A stretch of DNA of 64,000 bases, from the NCBI GenBank assembly GCA_012295275.1, contig CM022670.1, forward strand, positions 22,258,001 to 22,322,000, given 5' to 3'. Under the pieces are notes generated by a model, which saw only the letters and a list, made by a program, of their open reading frames with translations, ran no database searches and had not been told where the DNA came from. Numbering within the stretch: position 1 is the stretch's first letter; every line of letters starts with the position of its first letter. The DNA is from Chrysomallon squamiferum (Eukaryota; Animalia; Mollusca). Of the stretch, positions 12,375 through 26,730 are shown one piece after another. Made by a program: the position numbers and the translations under genes.

Positions 12375-13016
12375 TATTAATGTCCCAAGTGTCTTGGAGG
12401 AATGTCCCAAGTACTTTAAGACTAAACAAAGAGAAATGAACCCCAGACACGTTAACAGAGTTTATGTATCTTTAGCGTATGCTTTGAGCTTTTAGTTCAG
12501 TTCCTCACAGTAATAGTAAGACGACGAAAGGTATCAACTATTTAATATCTACTATATATAATATACTTATATAGGCTATTATTTAATAAACTTGCTCATT
12601 TTATACATTATGATTAACAGTCATTTAATATAGTTGAGCGTGCATAACTTTATGACACATAAATTATCACTGTGTTAAGAGAAAGTGAGAGAGGAAAAAA
12701 AAAAAGAGAGAGAGAGAGAGAGGGAGAGTTCTAGGCATGCCAATTCTCGAGTATTCACGTTTAAACCAGAGCTGGTTTGCGAATATGGAGTTATTTCCCT
12801 TACGTGTTGTTTGTTAGTTTTTCCCCCAAAACTTTGTGTTTATTTTTTGGTTATATTTACATTTTATGTTAAGAAACACTTTCATAAACATTTAGTAGCT
12901 GAATCTTAAATATATATATATATATATATATATACGGGTACATGCATATAGGAATAATAATTTTAAAAAAAAAATTGTGATCATAACAATTAATGACAAC
13001 ATATCACGTCCGAAAG

Positions 13017-13664
13017 ATGGAAAGTCAAAAAGGACCATCTTCATGTGAGTATTTCAAGAACTTGGTAAAATATTTAATGTTTTCCTAGATTAATTAAAAG
13101 TTTTATCAAGCTGTTAATACAAGGGGGGGGGGAAATGAGAAAGACTGAACGAATGATCGATTAATTTTACAGTCTTTGGTACAATAACTGAAATGAGTAA
13201 ACGACGAAGTCAAAAGTAGCAAAGAAGATGGGCATTTGTCGGATTTGATGATTTGAAGACTTTCTTAAATCAACACTGTCATTGTGTTTTGATAAGACAT
13301 TTGTCATATTTGGAAAATATCGATTGTTTCATTAACAGTTAGCTAAACGAATTGTAAATACACATACGTGACATAAAATAAAAAAAAATGTATACTTTAA
13401 AAAAAACACAAAAAAAAACACAAAAAACCCAGCAACAGCAAACAAACAAAACAAAAAACTCAAACAAATACAATAAAAATAAATAAATAAATAACAAAAC
13501 AAACAACAACAACAATCAACCATGAAAAAAATACTTTCATAAAATTAAGATAGTTATTCAGAATGTTTATTATATATTATTATAAAAGTAAGTAACTGAT
13601 CTTTTTTCTTTCAGATATATGTGAAACACTTCTTACTGAATACTTTTATACAATGGGGTCATAG
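13017..13664 (+). other. Spliced upstream ORF (25 aa) in the ADCK2 5' leader
   Basis: ATG 13017, donor T|GTGAGT at 13044/13045, acceptor tttcAG at 13614; gives MESQKGPSSYICETLLTEYFYTMGS* ending 48 nt before the ADCK2 ATG. Confidence 0.5.
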
Positions 13665-13712
13665 AAAATAATTTACCTGCAAGAAGTGGAGATCTGCAAT
13701 ATCTGACCAGTC

Positions 13713-16700
13713 ATGTCTGTGATAAGAAGATTGGGGAAATTATTATCTCAACCTATGGAAATATGTTTTAATAAAAAAATTATTCATCAATGTGTCAGTC
13801 ACAAAAGAATATGGACTGCAAGCAAGAAACTCACAGCTGTTAATAAAAATCAACATGATTTCTATCAAACTAATTTATTAAAACATCTTAAAGGATTATG
13901 TAAGGAATATACTAAAACAGTTTCAGAACAGAATCCTTACATTCATTGTAGAAAGAAGATAACTTTGATTTGTGTTGCCAGTCCTGCTTTTTTTTATGTA
14001 CATTACTGTACATATCAGTATTTTAAAAATTTAAAGAGCCAAGCATTTTGCAGTGAGCTTGACAACAGTATCTCAATCATAAAACCTCCATCATTACCTC
14101 AGCATAAAGTAGTTTTACTCCTTATTGAAAACATATTTCTTACTGTAAATGCAATGTTCAGGCTTTTTTTTCGAGCTATAAGACTGAACTTGACATTTCT
14201 GCCAGTTCTGTTTCTTTATCCATTTACATTACTGAGTGATAGATTTAGGCAAACATGGTGGAACATCTTTTTACTTGCTGTTGAAATGTCTGGCCCTGCT
14301 TTTATAAAATTTGGTCAGTGGGCCAGTACACGAAGAGATTTATTCTCAGCTGAGTTTTGTGATAAATTTTCAATACTACATGACCATGCTCGCACTCATT
14401 CCTGGGAACACACTGTTATGAAAATGAAACAAGCCTATGGAAAGAATTGGAGAAATATTTTTGTCATCTTTGAAAATAAAGGAGAACCAATTGGATCTGG
14501 ATGCATTGCACAGGTACTGAAATTGAAGTAATTTTTATATTCATACCTTTGATTTCAGAAGAAGAAGCAAAAAAATGATGAAGTTTAGGCATTTCATACA
14601 ATTTTTTCAATAGTTGATTTTCTTAATTAGTATTGTCAGTTACTGAAACCTTGTTTTGAATAAATGCTATTATCAAATGTAATGTTTTAAAAAAAATAAA
14701 GTGTCTATGTGTTTCCATCACTTTATTTTTTCTTCTTTCTGTTAAGGTATATAAAGCTTATATCAATATAGACAAGCTACCCAAAGCATTTCGAAAGAAA
14801 TTGTTGGAGGATCGATTAATGGAAGAAAATTTAGAGGAACAAATGGCTGTTGGAGAAGGTTTAAACATTTATTTTAAGCCTTTTTATTTAATTGAATAAC
14901 CTTCTACAAAATGTTTAGCATGTTGATCACTTGAAATAAGGATATCAGTTTAATATGTAAGGAATAATTTATGGTTAGATAAATTATTTCTGATAAAACA
15001 TTATTGTTCTGTAATTATCTTTCATTTTTATTTTTATTTCATTTTATTAACAAAAATAAATATGTTTGCTGTTATGATATTTGTTTAATGGAAAAAGATG
15101 TAAAGTACAGTAGGATTGTCACTAGTGATAGTGTGAAAATTTTCGTTGATATTTAATAAATATTTATTTTAAAAACAGGTATTGATATATCTTACAGGGA
15201 AGATTTTGAAGATGACTTTATATTTGATGATGGTAAGACCATTGTGTTTATAAAAATAAGCATTTACAATTTTTGAGTAAACCAGTATTTCTAATCTTCT
15301 GAACCCCCCCCCAAAAACATTAAGAAGACTTAATTTAAAAAATAAATTTTTGTTCATTTTATATTTTTTAAAAGGGTGGTGTTATTGTAACTGGATTATA
15401 CCATGTCAAATCACGCCAAAAGTGCCATGAAATAATCAATTACACTACTATTTTGATAGTACTGCTTTGTCTATTATTAATATGGAAATAATGTATTATA
15501 TTCCTTTTATGTTGTTTATTATAAATCTGATGTCCTAAAGTTAATCTTCAGTAAACTTACATACATTTTCATTTAAGAATTATAACGATCATTTTTATAA
15601 CTTTTTGTTCATATATATATTTTTTATTTTCACAGAAGACAGCCTTTTTATCCCTAATGAGCCAACAAGCAATGACATTCCATATCAGCTTGATGTTAAT
15701 CAATTATTGCCTGTTGCTGTGAAGGTACAGAAATAAAATATTCTTTGTACCATTAATACTATAATAAGCACATAATACTGAAAGTTTATCACTGTAAATG
15801 TAAGCTCTTTCTTTTAAAATACAATTTGGTTGAGATAGCCTACATTTGGGTTTTAATGTTATGAAGATGAAATATTTTACTGAGGGTAGATAAAATTCCA
15901 ATTGTATTTCAGTCCATTAAAATATGATTCTCTTATACTTTAAACAGTGGAGTTAAACTGTTCTTTTACAAAATGAATTCAAGTGTAAAATTTTCAATTA
16001 AAAGTTTATGTGGTATTTAGAAAGAAAAAAACAACAAAAAAAACATAAACAAAAGAAGAACAACAAAAAAACCCCAAACAATCCTCTGAATATCTTAATT
16101 CTTTTTACAAAATATTGCATTCATAAATGTAAGAAAGACCATACCTTTTCTTTAATTATGATTCACATTTGTTTTTTCCTTAAAGTTATATATCCATCAC
16201 AGTAACGATACATCCCTTATTCTCAGATTTTGGATTCACCCCTTATTGCAACTAATAAAATATTTATATTTTCTGACGTGCCCAAAAATATGAAAGATAC
16301 ATCAATTACTGAAATTTCATTTTTTTTTAATAGGTCCTTCATCCTAATGTCCATGAAATTTTCTACCAAGATCTGACTCTGATGAAAGTGATGTCAAGAG
16401 TTCTGCAGACAATAGTGCCTAGCTTGCGGTGGATCAGCCTAGTTGAATGTGTGGATGAATTTGCTGTCTCAATGAAAAAACAGGTTTAATTTGTCATTTT
16501 ATGTGAATTGTTTTCCAGTTATAATGTTTTTTTTTCATGATCTTACAAAGGTTTAATAATTTATTTATTTTTTGTTTAAATTAATAATTCATATTCATGG
16601 TATATGCTTTTATAATCAGCAAAAATTAAATCTTGGGAAGCTTAGTATTATATTTAAATGCAGCATAAGACTGATTGTTTTATAAACTGAAAAGCAATAA

Positions 16701-19700
16701 AAAATATATATAAAAAATAAATAAATTTATTGTTTAGAAATATTAACATTTGGTGAATTAGTATGGGATTTCAACAAGATAAATGTAAACAAGTCAGAAT
16801 TCATCAAGTTTTAATTTTTTTTTTATAAAAAATATATGTGATGCAATTAAGGTGATGAAACAGTTGTCCATGATTAGCTAAGAATAAAGTTATATTTCAC
16901 TCCACTAAAGTTTATTTTATGATAATTATTCAGTGATAATTATTATAATAACAGTTTTGATTTTTTTAAATGAACTTGTATTTCTGACCAACATATTTTA
17001 TGATTGTAGATTTAGTTTTAGTTGTTACAATAACACTTAACATTTTTTTAAAAATTAAATTATATTTTCTTCCTCCACAGCTAAATATGATTAATGAAGC
17101 AAAATGCATGGATATGTTTTTCAAGAACTTCTCACAGAATATTTCAGTTCGTATACCTCAACCCATCTGGCCTCTTGTCAGGAAAGATGTATTAGTGGAG
17201 ACATTCGAAGTTAGTTTTATTTTACCAACCAGAATTCAACTATAATTAGTTAAAACTTTAATATGTACTAACACATGATATTTATAAAAGGTGTGATGAA
17301 AGTCTTCTAAAGAGTAAATATTTTCATGAGTTAGGTAAATGAATTAACGATTAATTTAGTCAGATTAATTTCAAAGAATTCTATGATAATTACAATTTCA
17401 GAGTCAGTGTTTAAAAATCCAAAAAAATTTAAAATCCAGTCTTTCTATAGGATTTGATTTGGGTTATGTGCTTGTAGGAAGGTGAACCGATCAGCACTTT
17501 TTTGAAGGAAGATGAAGATCATCCTGCTGTTCTAAGACAGAAACTTGCTGAGCTTGGAGTAGATGCTTTACTGCAAATGGTAAATTTAATTAACTTGTTA
17601 CATTTATACTCATCAGTTAAAATAATTAACCACTTTTACTAGAAATAAAGAATCATTTAAAGTAGTTATTACAGAGAAGTCTGCAATGATTATTTAACTA
17701 ACTTGTCATATAGTATTATGTCTTTTTAATTTGTTAAAACAAGAATTATTATAATAAGAATTGTTTAAAACAGTTGTTACAGACAACTGCTTGTAGAATG
17801 GTAAATCATTTTTCTATCTATCATACACTATTGTAGCTCTCATGTTATAGAAAGTCTGAGATGTAAAAATTCATGGCATATGCTATTTTACTGTTCTATA
17901 ATCCTTTTTTGTTTTAGTTTTCAATTAATTATCCTACCACACAAACATTTCTTAGTTCACGCCAATTTTTGATTTTCAGGTATTTGTCAATAACTTTGTA
18001 CATGGAGATCTTCACCCAGGGAACATTCTGGTACAGAGATGTGATGATTGTACAAAGGTTTGTGCTTCTCTGTATTCAGGAATAAAACATTTAAATAGTT
18101 AGTAAAAATTTATTTTTTATATCTATTAATTGTGTACATTCATCTCCAATATTTATTAATATTTAGCAATGAAAATTTCAGAATTTCTTTTTCATTTGTT
18201 AAAAGGCACATGCATTAGATGCTGGAAAATTTAAACTAGATAATGGATAAGATTCCAAACAAAATAGATTTAAAAAGTATGTGAGTATGGTCTGCAAAAT
18301 ATGTATAGGAATTTGCAAATATTAACTTTACTACTAGTACAGTTAAATATAACTGATGAAATATCTGCTATCATTTTAGAACTTTTTATTTTAAAAAAAA
18401 AAATCATTTTTTATTAATTTTCATTTTAACTGGGCACTGAATTTCTGTTTTATTCAGACAGAAGAAAAGGTTATTCTACTTGATATTTTGGATACAGTGG
18501 TAACATCAGTTGTTGAAACGCCAAGTCCAGTTCGTCTGGTCTTTTTGGACTGTGGAATTACAGCATCTCTCAGTCCTTCAGATCTTCTCAAATTCACTGA
18601 GGTTTTCACAGCTGTAGTGAAAGGAGAGGTCAGAAAAACAGATTTGTTATTTCGCTTATAACTTTTGCAAAGAACTTAATTCTGTGGACAGAGCAAGTGT
18701 AATGTTTAATAACATTCAGTACATTTTAGTGTAAACTATTATTATATACTGGAGTTACACTTAAGGTTCTTAAATAATGAAATCTAAGAGAGAATATCTG
18801 ACTCTGTCATTCCTTGGGCAAGATATTATTACAAAAATAGGATATTTTGTTCCAGCAGCTGTAACAGATACAACTGCATTTGTTAACTCATTTGTAGAAA
18901 AGAAAACAACCCAGCCGGTCACCCTGGTTTTTAGACTGGTCTCTGGGCAAGCATCTTTCCACTAATTTCTTTTACCTAGTCTGAATGATTAGGGAATTAA
19001 GTACATTAAAATCATCCTACTATGTAACTTTGATAGTTTTACATTACAATATTTTAATTTTCTGAAATAGGTGATTTGCTGGTAATCAATAATGTTAAAT
19101 TTATAGATTTTCCTTTCGATCCGGTAAATGCTCATTCAGGATTATGTTTCTTGGGAAATAAGCAACATTAAAAAAACCTCATAAATTTATAATATTTAAT
19201 TTTAGTTTTATTTAAAATTCTTTTTTTGAATTAGGGTGAAACTGTTGCAGAATTATTTCTTCGAAAAACCTCAGAGATGTACTGTGAAGATGAAAAACTT
19301 TTTACTAAAGATATGGCACAAGTTGTAAACAAGGCAAGGTGTGCAACAATAAAACTCTCAAAGGTTGGCAGTTTCTTTTATACATTACAAAAAAAAATAA
19401 TAAATAAACGAAAATAACTAATAATAATTTTTAAAAATATTTTAAAAAGATAAATAACTTAAGTTTTAATAGCAGCAGTTTTAATTTCACATTGTACAAT
19501 AAAGATAATACAGTGTAATTGTAATTTTGTTAATAATTCTGTTTGGAGGAGGAAGTGTTTGATTTGAGACACAATATCCATCCTGTTTCATGTCAAATAA
19601 GTTAATTTCTGAAATTCAAAAAAAATTAAATTAAAAAAAATTACGCTTTCAGAAACAACCTCTTTTGTAAATCAGAAACAAACATCTATATATTCTTTAT

Positions 19701-20207
19701 AAATAAATATTTGTACTTTAGAGTGGATTTTCCAAATTTCATTTCTGTAGGTTCAGGGCCATGTTGTGATCCATTAATTTAATATTTTTCATTGACATTT
19801 TACTATGAATGAGTTAGAAAATAAAAGAAATTTGTAATGTTTAAATTTCAGTATTTACTAGCCATCTTCATTTAGGTGTAGAACCAGATTTAAATATTCT
19901 AACAAATATTTATCTTAAACAGTTACAGAATTTAATTTTCTAATTACATCACTGTATGATAATGAATGACTTCAATATATACATATATAATTTTATCTTA
20001 TTTTGATTTTTGCAGATAAATGTGGCTGAACTTTTGTCTGAAGTATTTGGTGTGTTGGCAAAGCATCATGTGAAAATGGAAAGCAACTTTGCCATGGTTA
20101 TTTTTGCAATAGCGGTTTTGGAAGGCTTGGGAAGATCCTTAGATCCAAATATTGACATTCTGGAGAAAGCAAAACCATTTCTACTTCAAAGAACATTGTT
20201 TTCATAG
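13713..20207 (+). CDS. ADCK2: AarF/UbiB domain-containing kinase 2
   Basis: Exons 13713-14513, 14747-14858, 15636-15724, 16334-16483, 17081-17209, 17478-17579, 17980-18057, 18458-18628, 19235-19363, 20016-20207. Motifs: GPAFIKFGQWASTRRDLF (KxGQ), PIGSGCIAQVYKA, VAVKVLHP, FVHGDLHPGNILV, LDCG, ESNFAMVIFAIAVLEGLGRSLDPNIDILEKAKPFL. Confidence 0.93.
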
Positions 20208-21888
20208 AACAGATAATGTATGTGCATTTGTTTGTTTGTGTCTATGTACATCTATAGACACACACAATCAAATGCATATTTTAAATTAATTAAATAAAAT
20301 TAAGTTACAACTTTAATAATTATTTTCTTTATACATTTCTTTTGTGATGAGATTCATACAAACATACATAATTTTTTAATGTTAGATTTTTATTTTTACT
20401 TCTTATTAATATGTTTTAAAAAACAAAACAAACAAAAAAAGCTTTTAAAATGCCAATGTCCCTTTCAGATGCAAAATAATTTCTGAATATATATATCATG
20501 TTCTGATAAAACAAAAATTATGTCTCCAGATTATTAATACAAGTTGAATTTTAGCTAAAATATTGGTCACTTTTTACAAATTATTGTTATTTATTTTCCC
20601 ACTGTTATGAAAATATTTGTGAATTGATCTTGTGTTTTTAATAGTACAGTTAAGAAAATTATTATTATTTTTTTATATAAATGGACCATATGGCAGTTAG
20701 AGAAATTTTTATTTATGTTTTAAAAACTTATGATATTTTAAAGTTATTTAATATGAAATCTAGATGTATTTCAACATTATTGAAACCTCTAGTGCAAATA
20801 GCAAATAGCTCTGATAACAAATTTAGTTTGTTAATCATATAATCAGATACCAATTAGCAAATAATTTATTAAGTTTATTATTTTAGGAGCATTTCATGTT
20901 ATTTGCTCCACTATTATGACAATAAAAATTGTTAAATTTACATGTATATGAAAATAAACATCATAAGGGTACTGAATATGCAAAATTTAGATATGTAAAC
21001 TATACTAGGAAGACTGTGATGATTTTGTTGGATAAAAAAATCCACATTTGTTTTATATTTTGTATTAATTTTTCAGAAAATTAGGTCCAAGTAATAAATT
21101 TCAGTTAGACTTGCCTAAACTTTCAATGCAGCAGTTTTTCTACCAGTATATTTTTTATGTTATAAAGTTTTGTCATTCTGTTTTGTATCAATATTTCTAT
21201 CACTTTATTAATCACTGATTATTAAATCAGTTGTCTGTTTTTTGTGTGTTTTTTTGCAAACAAGATACTGATTTTACAAAATGATTTTTGAGATTTAAAA
21301 TAAAAGATTATAAAAGTGCAGAGTGTATAGGTTTAACTTTTCTTGCTTCCAAATTAAGTGCCACCCTTAAAAAATACAACTACCAGTTTTTCTTTCTGGG
21401 ATTAAGTAAACATTAATCTTATGGTGTTTATTAGCACAAAAGTAAACAAAAGTATCATAGTGCCAAAATGTCATGTTCTGTCAAATATTTCCATGTAATT
21501 CCCCTCTGATGGATGAATTTAATAAACAAATGAATATTTTCTTTCTTTCATTCATTTTTTCTAAAAGCAAATTGTTGCCCAGCATGAAAAAAATAATTCA
21601 TTTTTATTGAAACTGATAAATAAAAACTTAACAAATATTTAAGTTGGATCAGTTTTACCTAACATTAATGGTGAAACAACAAAGTATCTAGGATTTGTTT
21701 CTCTAATCCCAGAAATCTTTATATTTGTGCCAGATATACCGAGTCACAAATTAAAAATATAATGTTTATACCTCTTCATGTTAGGAAAGAAAAACAAGTG
21801 TCACAAGTCCTAACATACTGTTCAGTTCGTACAGTATCACAACAGGTTTTCACATTCTAAACAAATAATGCTGTGAGCAATGTACAAA

Positions 21889-22500
21889 TTATGCACAACA
21901 TCCAGAAGTTGATCTGGATTTTTTTTGGAGGTTGACAGTGTTCCCGTGTGAAGGTTTTATATCTATTTGATCTTCTAACTCTAGTAGTCGTTGCACTGCT
22001 GCTTTAAATGCCCTATCAACATTTGTAGAATCTTTGGCACTTGTTTCATAATATGGCATGTTATCATTTGTTGCACACCAGCTCTTCGCTTGCTCCTCTG
22101 AAACACTTCGTTGTGCAACGTCAATTTTGTTTCCAATGAGGACAAATGGAAATGTGCTTCCCGACTGAATATCGGCATAATATAAAAATTCCTTTTTCCA
22201 CATTGAAAGATTTTTAAAACTCTGGAGATCATCAACAGCATAAGTCAAAAGACAACAATCTGCTCCACGATAGAATGGTGTTCTCAAACTTTTAAATCTT
22301 TCCTGCCCTGCTGTATCCCAAATCTGCATTGTGTAGTGGTCTTCAGCAATCACTACATCTTTATTAAGGAACTCCACACCAATTGTATGAAATGACTGAG
22401 CATCAAATTTATTACTGACAAATCGATTCATTAAAGAACTTTTCCCAACACCTCCATCTCCAAGCAGGATAACTTTAAGCAGTTTTGATTTGCCTGCCAT
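21889..22500 (-). CDS. RAB9: Ras-related protein Rab-9, single coding exon
   Basis: GDGGVGKSSLMNRFV, FHTIGVEFLNK, WDTAGQERFKSLRTPFYRGADC, WKKEFLYYAD, NKID, ETSAK and C-terminal CCA prenylation motif. 5' UTR intron from donor 23912 to acceptor 22518. Confidence 0.97.
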   Translation of the reverse strand: MAGKSKLLKVILLGDGGVGKSSLMNRFVSNKFDAQSFHTIGVEFLNKDVVIAEDHYTMQIWDTAGQERFKSLRTPFYRGADCCLLTYAVDDLQSFKNLSMWKKEFLYYADIQSGSTFPFVLIGNKIDVAQRSVSEEQAKSWCATNDNMPYYETSAKDSTNVDRAFKAAVQRLLELEDQIDIKPSHGNTVNLQKKSRSTSGCCA

Positions 22501-23995
22501 ACTGCATTTAGTTTAATCTGTTAAAAAAAAATAACAGAATCAGTGAAAATTACAACTTTACTTGGGTAAATATTTTACATATATAAAAATATGGAAAGAT
22601 TAGCTAATGAAATCTTATGGTTATTAAAACTACAGTAAAACTGTATTGTATAAAGATCAAATAGTTAGGTCAGTTTGGTGTTTTAATGACATTGCTAAAC
22701 TTTAGAGCAATTTGTTGAATTTGTAATGCACTCCATTCATCAATCTGTTACTGTTGTTTCTTACTGCATCTAGGAACTGCAAGAAGAATATATTTATATT
22801 TTGGGGACTGTATAAAATTAAGTGTTTTACCTGTACTCATTTATATGTGATCATTCTAAAAATCAAATGCTCATTAAAAATAAGTGAACCATGTTTTAAT
22901 TAATGAAACCTATTTTTTTTTTATATATAGCATGCATTTGAAGTATGAGTCCAAATGGTAACCATTTCTTAAATGATATCTTTATAAAGGAAAAGCATTA
23001 GATTTTTGTTTTTTTTTTAATAACATCAGTTGGAAACTAAAGCCTATAAATTATAATAATACTAAACAAGCCTGCATATCTGTAACTTTTATTCTTAAAA
23101 TTTACATGGAATACCTAGGAAAATGGGTAACATTAATATTGTTACCTGATATTATAATTAGAATGAGTCATCAAATTAAATATAATCTCTCAGCTACTAG
23201 ACCAAATGTCAAGACAAATTTGGATCTCCCTTTGATACATTCAGTCTAAATATGAAACTTAGTTTCCTATACTGGATTATGCTTCTTTAAATAATATTTG
23301 TTCTTTATTCATTCAAATTATAAAGTATAGTTGTAATTATTCGTCATAATATTTCATAAAATATTTGAAAATATAATAATAATGTATGCTTAAAGTAATG
23401 AGTTGAATTAATGAACTGTAAAACAGATAGCCTGAGACGTAATGAAAAAGTATTGGCAGACAACTCTGCTGCTGAAATATTTTGATTTCTTTTAATATAA
23501 TTCAAGAAATAAAAACATTATAAATAAATGTAAGCTTTCATAAACTGGCCCCACAAATGATAATTGCCACTCTTCGTGCGAATTCCGCTTTGTAACGGTA
23601 ACTTATTAACTAGCGGGATAAACCATCCAGACTGTTTCCATAAAAAGATAACTAATTTAAATTTAAAGTTCTAAAACTGTACTGACACTGACAATAATCA
23701 TCTTCAACCAACATCACAACACTAAAGTCCAGTGTTAGGTGACACCTCTGACAGTGATACACTGAGTGACTGACACTGACAGTGTCGCACCAGATATTTT
23801 GTCAGTTATAAAGTAAAACTATATTGTTAATTAGTTAATACTTTTACTATCAAGTATTTAACAATAAAGCTTTGCATATGTACCTGCATGTGATGTAAGA
23901 CTGAACACTTACCTTATTCCTAAATATATAATATTAATTACAAAATATTGTTAATTCCGTCACAATCTTCATGATCATGGTGGGGGAAAAGCCTC

Positions 23996-24023
23996 TCACA
24001 TGACGTCATGACTATCATGTGAC
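23996..24023. promoter_or_regulatory. RAB9 promoter: two TCATGTGA E-boxes flanking a CRE
   Basis: Sequence TCACATGACGTCATGACTATCATGTGAC lies just upstream of the non-coding RAB9 exon whose donor is at 23912. Confidence 0.5.
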
Positions 24024-25317
24024 AAATCATCGGACTGAAGAATTCCCTTCCGGATAAATGGAACTACTTACTATACGAAGGTGTTTTTAAACTTTCCTTC
24101 CCCAACGCATCTTTTCTTATTTTGCGCTGGTTGGTTCTCCTTATGTCTGTAGCTCACTAGAAAATGGACATTAAATTGTGCACTGAAATTTAAAGTACTA
24201 ATAATTTTATTATTTGTACTTAAAATAGAAAAATAAAAAATTAAGAACGATGGAACATTTTTGTTTTAAAACAGTTTAATTTGTTTAAAGTAATTTTAGT
24301 CATTTTACATATATCTCCATATGTTAATGATAATGGTATAATTATACATGTTATCTTCTATAACAGTAATTATATGTGTTGCTTTTGTTTGTTATTGTTA
24401 TATATATTTATCATTATTATTAATTAATTAATAATTTAATCTAATATAATCTAATTGAATTTTGTTTTGTTTGTTTTATAGAACTTCTAAATTTGCTAAG
24501 ATTTAGCTTGTCATCCATTAAGTTTCAAATACAGACAGATTCTTGCAAATGTATACTGATTTAGATATGAAGATTTGTCATATATCGCTGATTAGAGTCT
24601 ACAACGTTTCCTAAAAACGAATTTGAATCGAATATAAGAAAATCGAATATAAAAATTATATTTCCAGATGCAGAATAAAGCTGGTGATATTTGGTGTCTG
24701 TCAATCTTCAGGAATCTTGGGGAAAACAAATGTTTTCAAATAAATGATTAAACTCATGGACTGGATATTATTACCTTTTTATTACGTTAGTATTACGTTT
24801 TATTACGTTATTAAAACAGTAAAGGGCGACAAAACAAAACTTCAGACCTTTAGATAATTACAAGCAATCTCAATGGTAATTACGGGCAAACTATTCTGTG
24901 ACGTATCAAAATATTGGGCTTTTCGTATCAATACTCTTTAACAAACATTTATCTAATGTTTTCTTCATCTTCATCTTCTTCTTTTGTAGCGATACACATA
25001 TACACTTTCTCGATTACAAATATTGTAGTTAACTTTATTACTACTACTACAACTACTACTATTTAGAGTTTTGGAATAAATATGTACTTGGAATTGATGC
25101 AGTAAACAAAATGTTCAGTATTTTGTGCCACTGAATCCAGAGACAATTCAATGCAGATGTACAATATTAATGGCCCATCCTAACTACAAAATATCATAAA
25201 CATCAATTTCAGTTTGTTGAATTTGCTAATTAATTGGTAGAATCACGAAGCGCGTTCTTTGATGGTTTTGAACATACACAAGCATAATACAATTCTGTCT
25301 GCAACCACCTTTGTTTG

Positions 25318-25319
<2 letters not shown>

Positions 25320-25385
<66 letters not shown>
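25320..25385. repeat. (CT)n microsatellite
   Basis: About 33 CT units roughly 110 nt upstream of the SMG8 start codon. Confidence 0.95.
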
Positions 25386-25389
<4 letters not shown>

Positions 25390-25497
25390 CTTAATTTAAT
25401 TGTTTGGAATTATAAAATTACAATTTATTAATAGAGATATCTGTTATATCTATTATATACATATGATTGTCTTACTCAAAATTGGTGCTTATTACAG

Positions 25498-25744
25498 ATG
25501 ACTGGAAATAAGGAAAAGAAAATTAAAATGTCAGCCCACAGTGATGTTTTTGCTTTTCCTCCGAATTTTGATGTCAAGTGAGTCCGTTTAGATGTTTACA
25601 AACGTTTCTGATTTTAATAAAATGAATGGTCTGTAGCAAGTATATTTTTGTTATATGATGTTATATTTTATATTTCCCATTATATAATTTCGGTTTAATG
25701 CATTCATTAATGATAGTGTAGATAAAAACAAAACGAAACGATAA

Positions 25745-25791
<47 letters not shown>

Positions 25792-26658
25792 AATCCGCTT
25801 TCACTTTTTGCCAAATCCTCCTGTTTCTCTAACATTCGTACAGGCAGCCGTGTCATCGCCAGCAACATACATTACATATTGAATCAAATCTCTGTTAAAA
25901 ACAGGGGAAGACTTAACCTATAAATACCAATTAAAATGAATTATTTTATTAAAAAAAAATTAAATTTTTTGAAAAATAAAAAATAAAATTTTCATATTTT
26001 TTTAATATAAATTTGTTTATAATTCTACTTGAACTTTAAGATGACTATTTCAGTTAAATAATTCTATAAATATGGAATAATTAACGTCTGTTTCAGAAAA
26101 GAAAAAAATAATAAAAAATTAAAATGTTGTTCCTTCACATCTTGTGAATCGGAAAGTAATTATGGTCATGACTGAATGCATAAATAAAAATCACCAGTGC
26201 CGAATAGTTAAATATCATTGTTTTGATTTAAATAATTAGAGGAGATCTGAAGCCTAGATTAAAGTAACTAAATTATAATCGGTTTATTTGTCAGTTATAT
26301 TTAATGTTGATCAGAAATATATAATCACAAAGAAAATGATCTTCAACCCAGAAAGCAGCAGAATAGCTTCAAATAATAGAATGACCATAGATATGGTGAA
26401 GTCCATCCACTGACTTAAAAATATTGATATAAATGTTGCATCATTCATTTTATGATCTGTGTATCAGATATAATGTCTGCATGGTTTCAGTAAAATAGAG
26501 TCCATAAAAACTATTTGTATTCTTTGATGCATTGGAACCCACTGTAATTGTAACTGAGACTTTTGGAGGACTGCAGCATCACTTGAATTTTAGAAAGCAA
26601 AATAATTGTAACTGTCATTGAATCTCAGTCCACTTGTGTAATTGTAATTGAACCCAAC

Positions 26659-26730
<72 letters not shown>

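Noticed and set aside
21981-22241. 86-aa alternative-frame ORF inside RAB9
   Set aside because: Shadow of the conserved Rab9 frame with no independent support.
24780-24810. Triple TATTACGTT motif between RAB9 and SMG8
   Set aside because: Could be bZIP half-sites but is equally explained by short tandem slippage.
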